Below are positions 61,610 through 64,000 of a DNA stretch of 64,000 bases, piece by piece. This DNA is from Callorhinchus milii (lineage: Eukaryota). Below the pieces are notes generated by a model, which ran no database searches, was not told the origin of the DNA, and saw only the letters and a program-made list of their open reading frames with translations. A program made the translations under genes and the position numbers. The stretch is taken from contig NW_024704743.1 of NCBI RefSeq assembly GCF_018977255.1, forward strand, positions 18,974,001-19,038,000. Direction: 5' to 3'. Every line of letters begins with the position of its first letter. The first letter of the stretch is position 1.

Positions 61610-63749
61610 GTAAGTAAGATAAAGTGAAGGAGACAACTTGTGTAAGAAGGGCCGCAGTTGTGTGGAGAGATAGTGGAATGTCTTCTTCCCCTTAACAATG
61701 GATAACGGAGAGAGATGGCTGAAGCATTGCTAGCTTTGCTTTACTACAAACTTAAAGCACCGTCTTAGTAACCTCTTAGTTGCCAGTCCACTGGTCACTA
61801 CATGTTAATCAATCAGGTAGTCGGTACGAATTAATTTATACTTCTAGTGCTCATTGAAATGAGTGCAATGTGAGCAGAATTATTTAAACAATGACATTCG
61901 TCACTTGACATAATTTAGTTACAGTTTGGAAAGATGCCTTCCCCTGGACAGTATTGCAATTAATATTCAAAGCCATTATTTAAAGTGCTGTAATAATTCA
62001 ACAATATTTGATAAGTTATTCGAATATCATCATTTAATCAGGGACAAGTTTAAATATCTTAAAGACTTGAAGCCTAGATGTAAATTGAGATATCAATGAC
62101 AAAGATTTCCATTTACAGCACCTTTTACGTTGGGAGGATATCTGAAAGGGCTTCACATGCCTGAAGGGGAACGGGGGGTTAGTAGCTGAAGAGGTGTTGG
62201 GGCGGAGGGGTGGAGGAGCGTGAATAGAAGACTAATCAATGAAGATTTTAAAGCTGAGGAGGGAGGAGGTGAGACAGAGTAATTCTGGGATGGAGTTCCA
62301 GAGAGTATGGGAAGAACTTTTTCAATTGGTTTGCTTGTTTGTGTTATCAAAGCAAAGGGGGCTTGTGTTGTGTTCACCTTTCAATGGTACACCATTAATT
62401 TACAGCTTGAGTCCAGCCCCTTTTGTATTGGAACTCAAGGCTGAGATTGGTGACATTTTTGCCACCACAAAGTGCTATTTCATAGGGCACTGAGTTAGGG
62501 CCGTTATCTATGACACAATACTGAAATTCCTTGGTTTTAAACAACAATGGTGGTGGGTACAGGCTTCAGGATAAAGTACTGTGTCAAAATTGTGTGTGTG
62601 TGTGGGGTGGGGGGTAGGGTGGCGGTGGGAGGGTGGTGGTTACACCTACAACCAGTCAATAATTATTGAGGTAAAAAAGGTAACCTTTCGTAAAAGATTT
62701 TTCTGACAGGCAATCGGTCACAACAGCACTGATCCTGAAATTGAGGGTAGAGGCAGAGATAGAGATATGCCTGGGGAGATAGTGGAGAGGAAGGAATGGT
62801 CGACAGTGTTGAAGGCGGCAGAGAACTCGAGGAGGATAAGGCGGCAAAGGAAACTGGGGTTGCCGATCAAGAGAACATTGTATACAACAACAAATTACAC
62901 TGATATAGAACCTTTGATGTAGGAGGATGTCTCAAAGTACTTTACAAGGGTGTCTGAGATGGGAAACGGGGAGGAGGAATTAGATTGATAGAGTGTATAG
63001 AGTATTGGTCAGACTTCTTTTGAGGTATTGTGTAGTGTTTTGGGTGCCTAACCTTAGGAAAATTATACTAACTTTCAAAATTCAAATACTCAACCCCAGT
63101 ATTGTTATAGGACATTGCTGCTGCAGATCTATTGGCCGTGTTTGTGTAACAAACTCCACTTCATTTCTAATTGATTATGTTTTCTGAAGCACTTTGAGGT
63201 GTCTATTTTGACATACAGGAGCTATATCAATACAAGTTACTATTATTATTACACTGGAAGGCGTCCAGTGATGATTCACTAGATTAATTCCAGGGCGGAA
63301 GGTGCTGAGCTAATAACCTCCCTACCCTTATCCACTCTTGATCTGTATTTACTTCCTATCTAACAACCTACCCTTTTAAACCACACCTATGGCCACCTCT
63401 CCTCCCTTGCTGTGCGTCTGACCCTGTCTTTGTGAAACACTCTAAGAAGCAGTATATATATGATGATGAGAGGTTTTGTAGACTGGGGTTGTATTCCTTA
63501 CGGCAGAGGAGGTTAAGGAAGGATTTGATTGAGTTATGAAATTAAAAAAAGGATTGACAGGTTAGATCAGTGGCATTATGCCACAAATCAAGAAATATCC
63601 ACGGAAAACTGAAAACACACAACTGATCGAACACGGACTTATCTAGACTTGTGCGATTGTTCGAGGGTTGCTTCTTGATGGCCCCGGGGGCCACAGTTTA
63701 GCCTGACTGGAATAGATATTGGAACCACTCTAGCCTTTGGTAGAAGGAA

Positions 63750-63930
63750 CCATTACAAGGGAGCATAATTTTAAATCAGAGTCAAATAATTTAGGACTGA
63801 GGTCAGGAAGCATTCCTTCACACAGCGGGTTGTGAATAAGTGGAATGCCCTACCCCAGAATGCTGTAGCGGCGGAATCAATAGGAATCTTTAAAATAGGG
63901 TTAGTAGAGATATAAAGGCATTTGACCAAA
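63750..63930 (+). mobile_element. CR1 ORF2 C-terminal fragment (other pieces at 62990-63570)
   Basis: aggactgaggtcaggaagcattccttcacacagcgggttgtgaataagtggaatgccctacc (RTEVRKHSFTQRVVNKWNALP). Confidence 0.85.
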
Positions 63931-64000
63931 GGGTGGGACAAATATTTTTTCAGCAGTAGGGTGTCTGACACATAAGAAACACATCATCATGCTTAAGAGC

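Noticed and set aside
1..64000. CRISPR array, prokaryotic operon or defence system
   Set aside because: Repeats are dispersed retroposons rather than regularly spaced units; no long ORFs; sequence is eukaryotic intron.

Overview
Vertebrate intronic DNA, most likely from a cartilaginous fish (inferred from SacSINE1/DeuSINE-like and L2/CR1 repeats). Roughly half of the window is decayed tRNA-derived SINEs and L2/CR1 LINE fragments. Almost none of the ORF track is real protein; a few ORFs are broken L2/CR1 reverse-transcriptase remnants. Three repeat-poor islands each end in a short ATG-initiated, phase-0 micro-exon followed by a GTAAGT donor on the + strand, all missed by the ORF track: 6773/6818-6853 (..MLKPPKAKNVSW), 47373-47423 (MLDRRLMTPGPKHLIPE) and 61577-61609 (MYLYGREETEV). 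The middle one closely matches the human Cav beta2b N-terminus as I recall it (MLDRRLIAPQTKYIIPG). The window therefore appears to be the alternative-first-exon region of a calcium channel beta-subunit gene, probably CACNB2, upstream of the common GSADSYTSRP exon, which is not in the window. The third exon resembles the beta3/beta4a N-terminus, which I do not know from mammalian CACNB2. The first looks like a beta2a-position exon whose Cys-Cys palmitoylation codons are out of frame. Reference peptides are from memory and repeat boundaries are approximate, read by eye.
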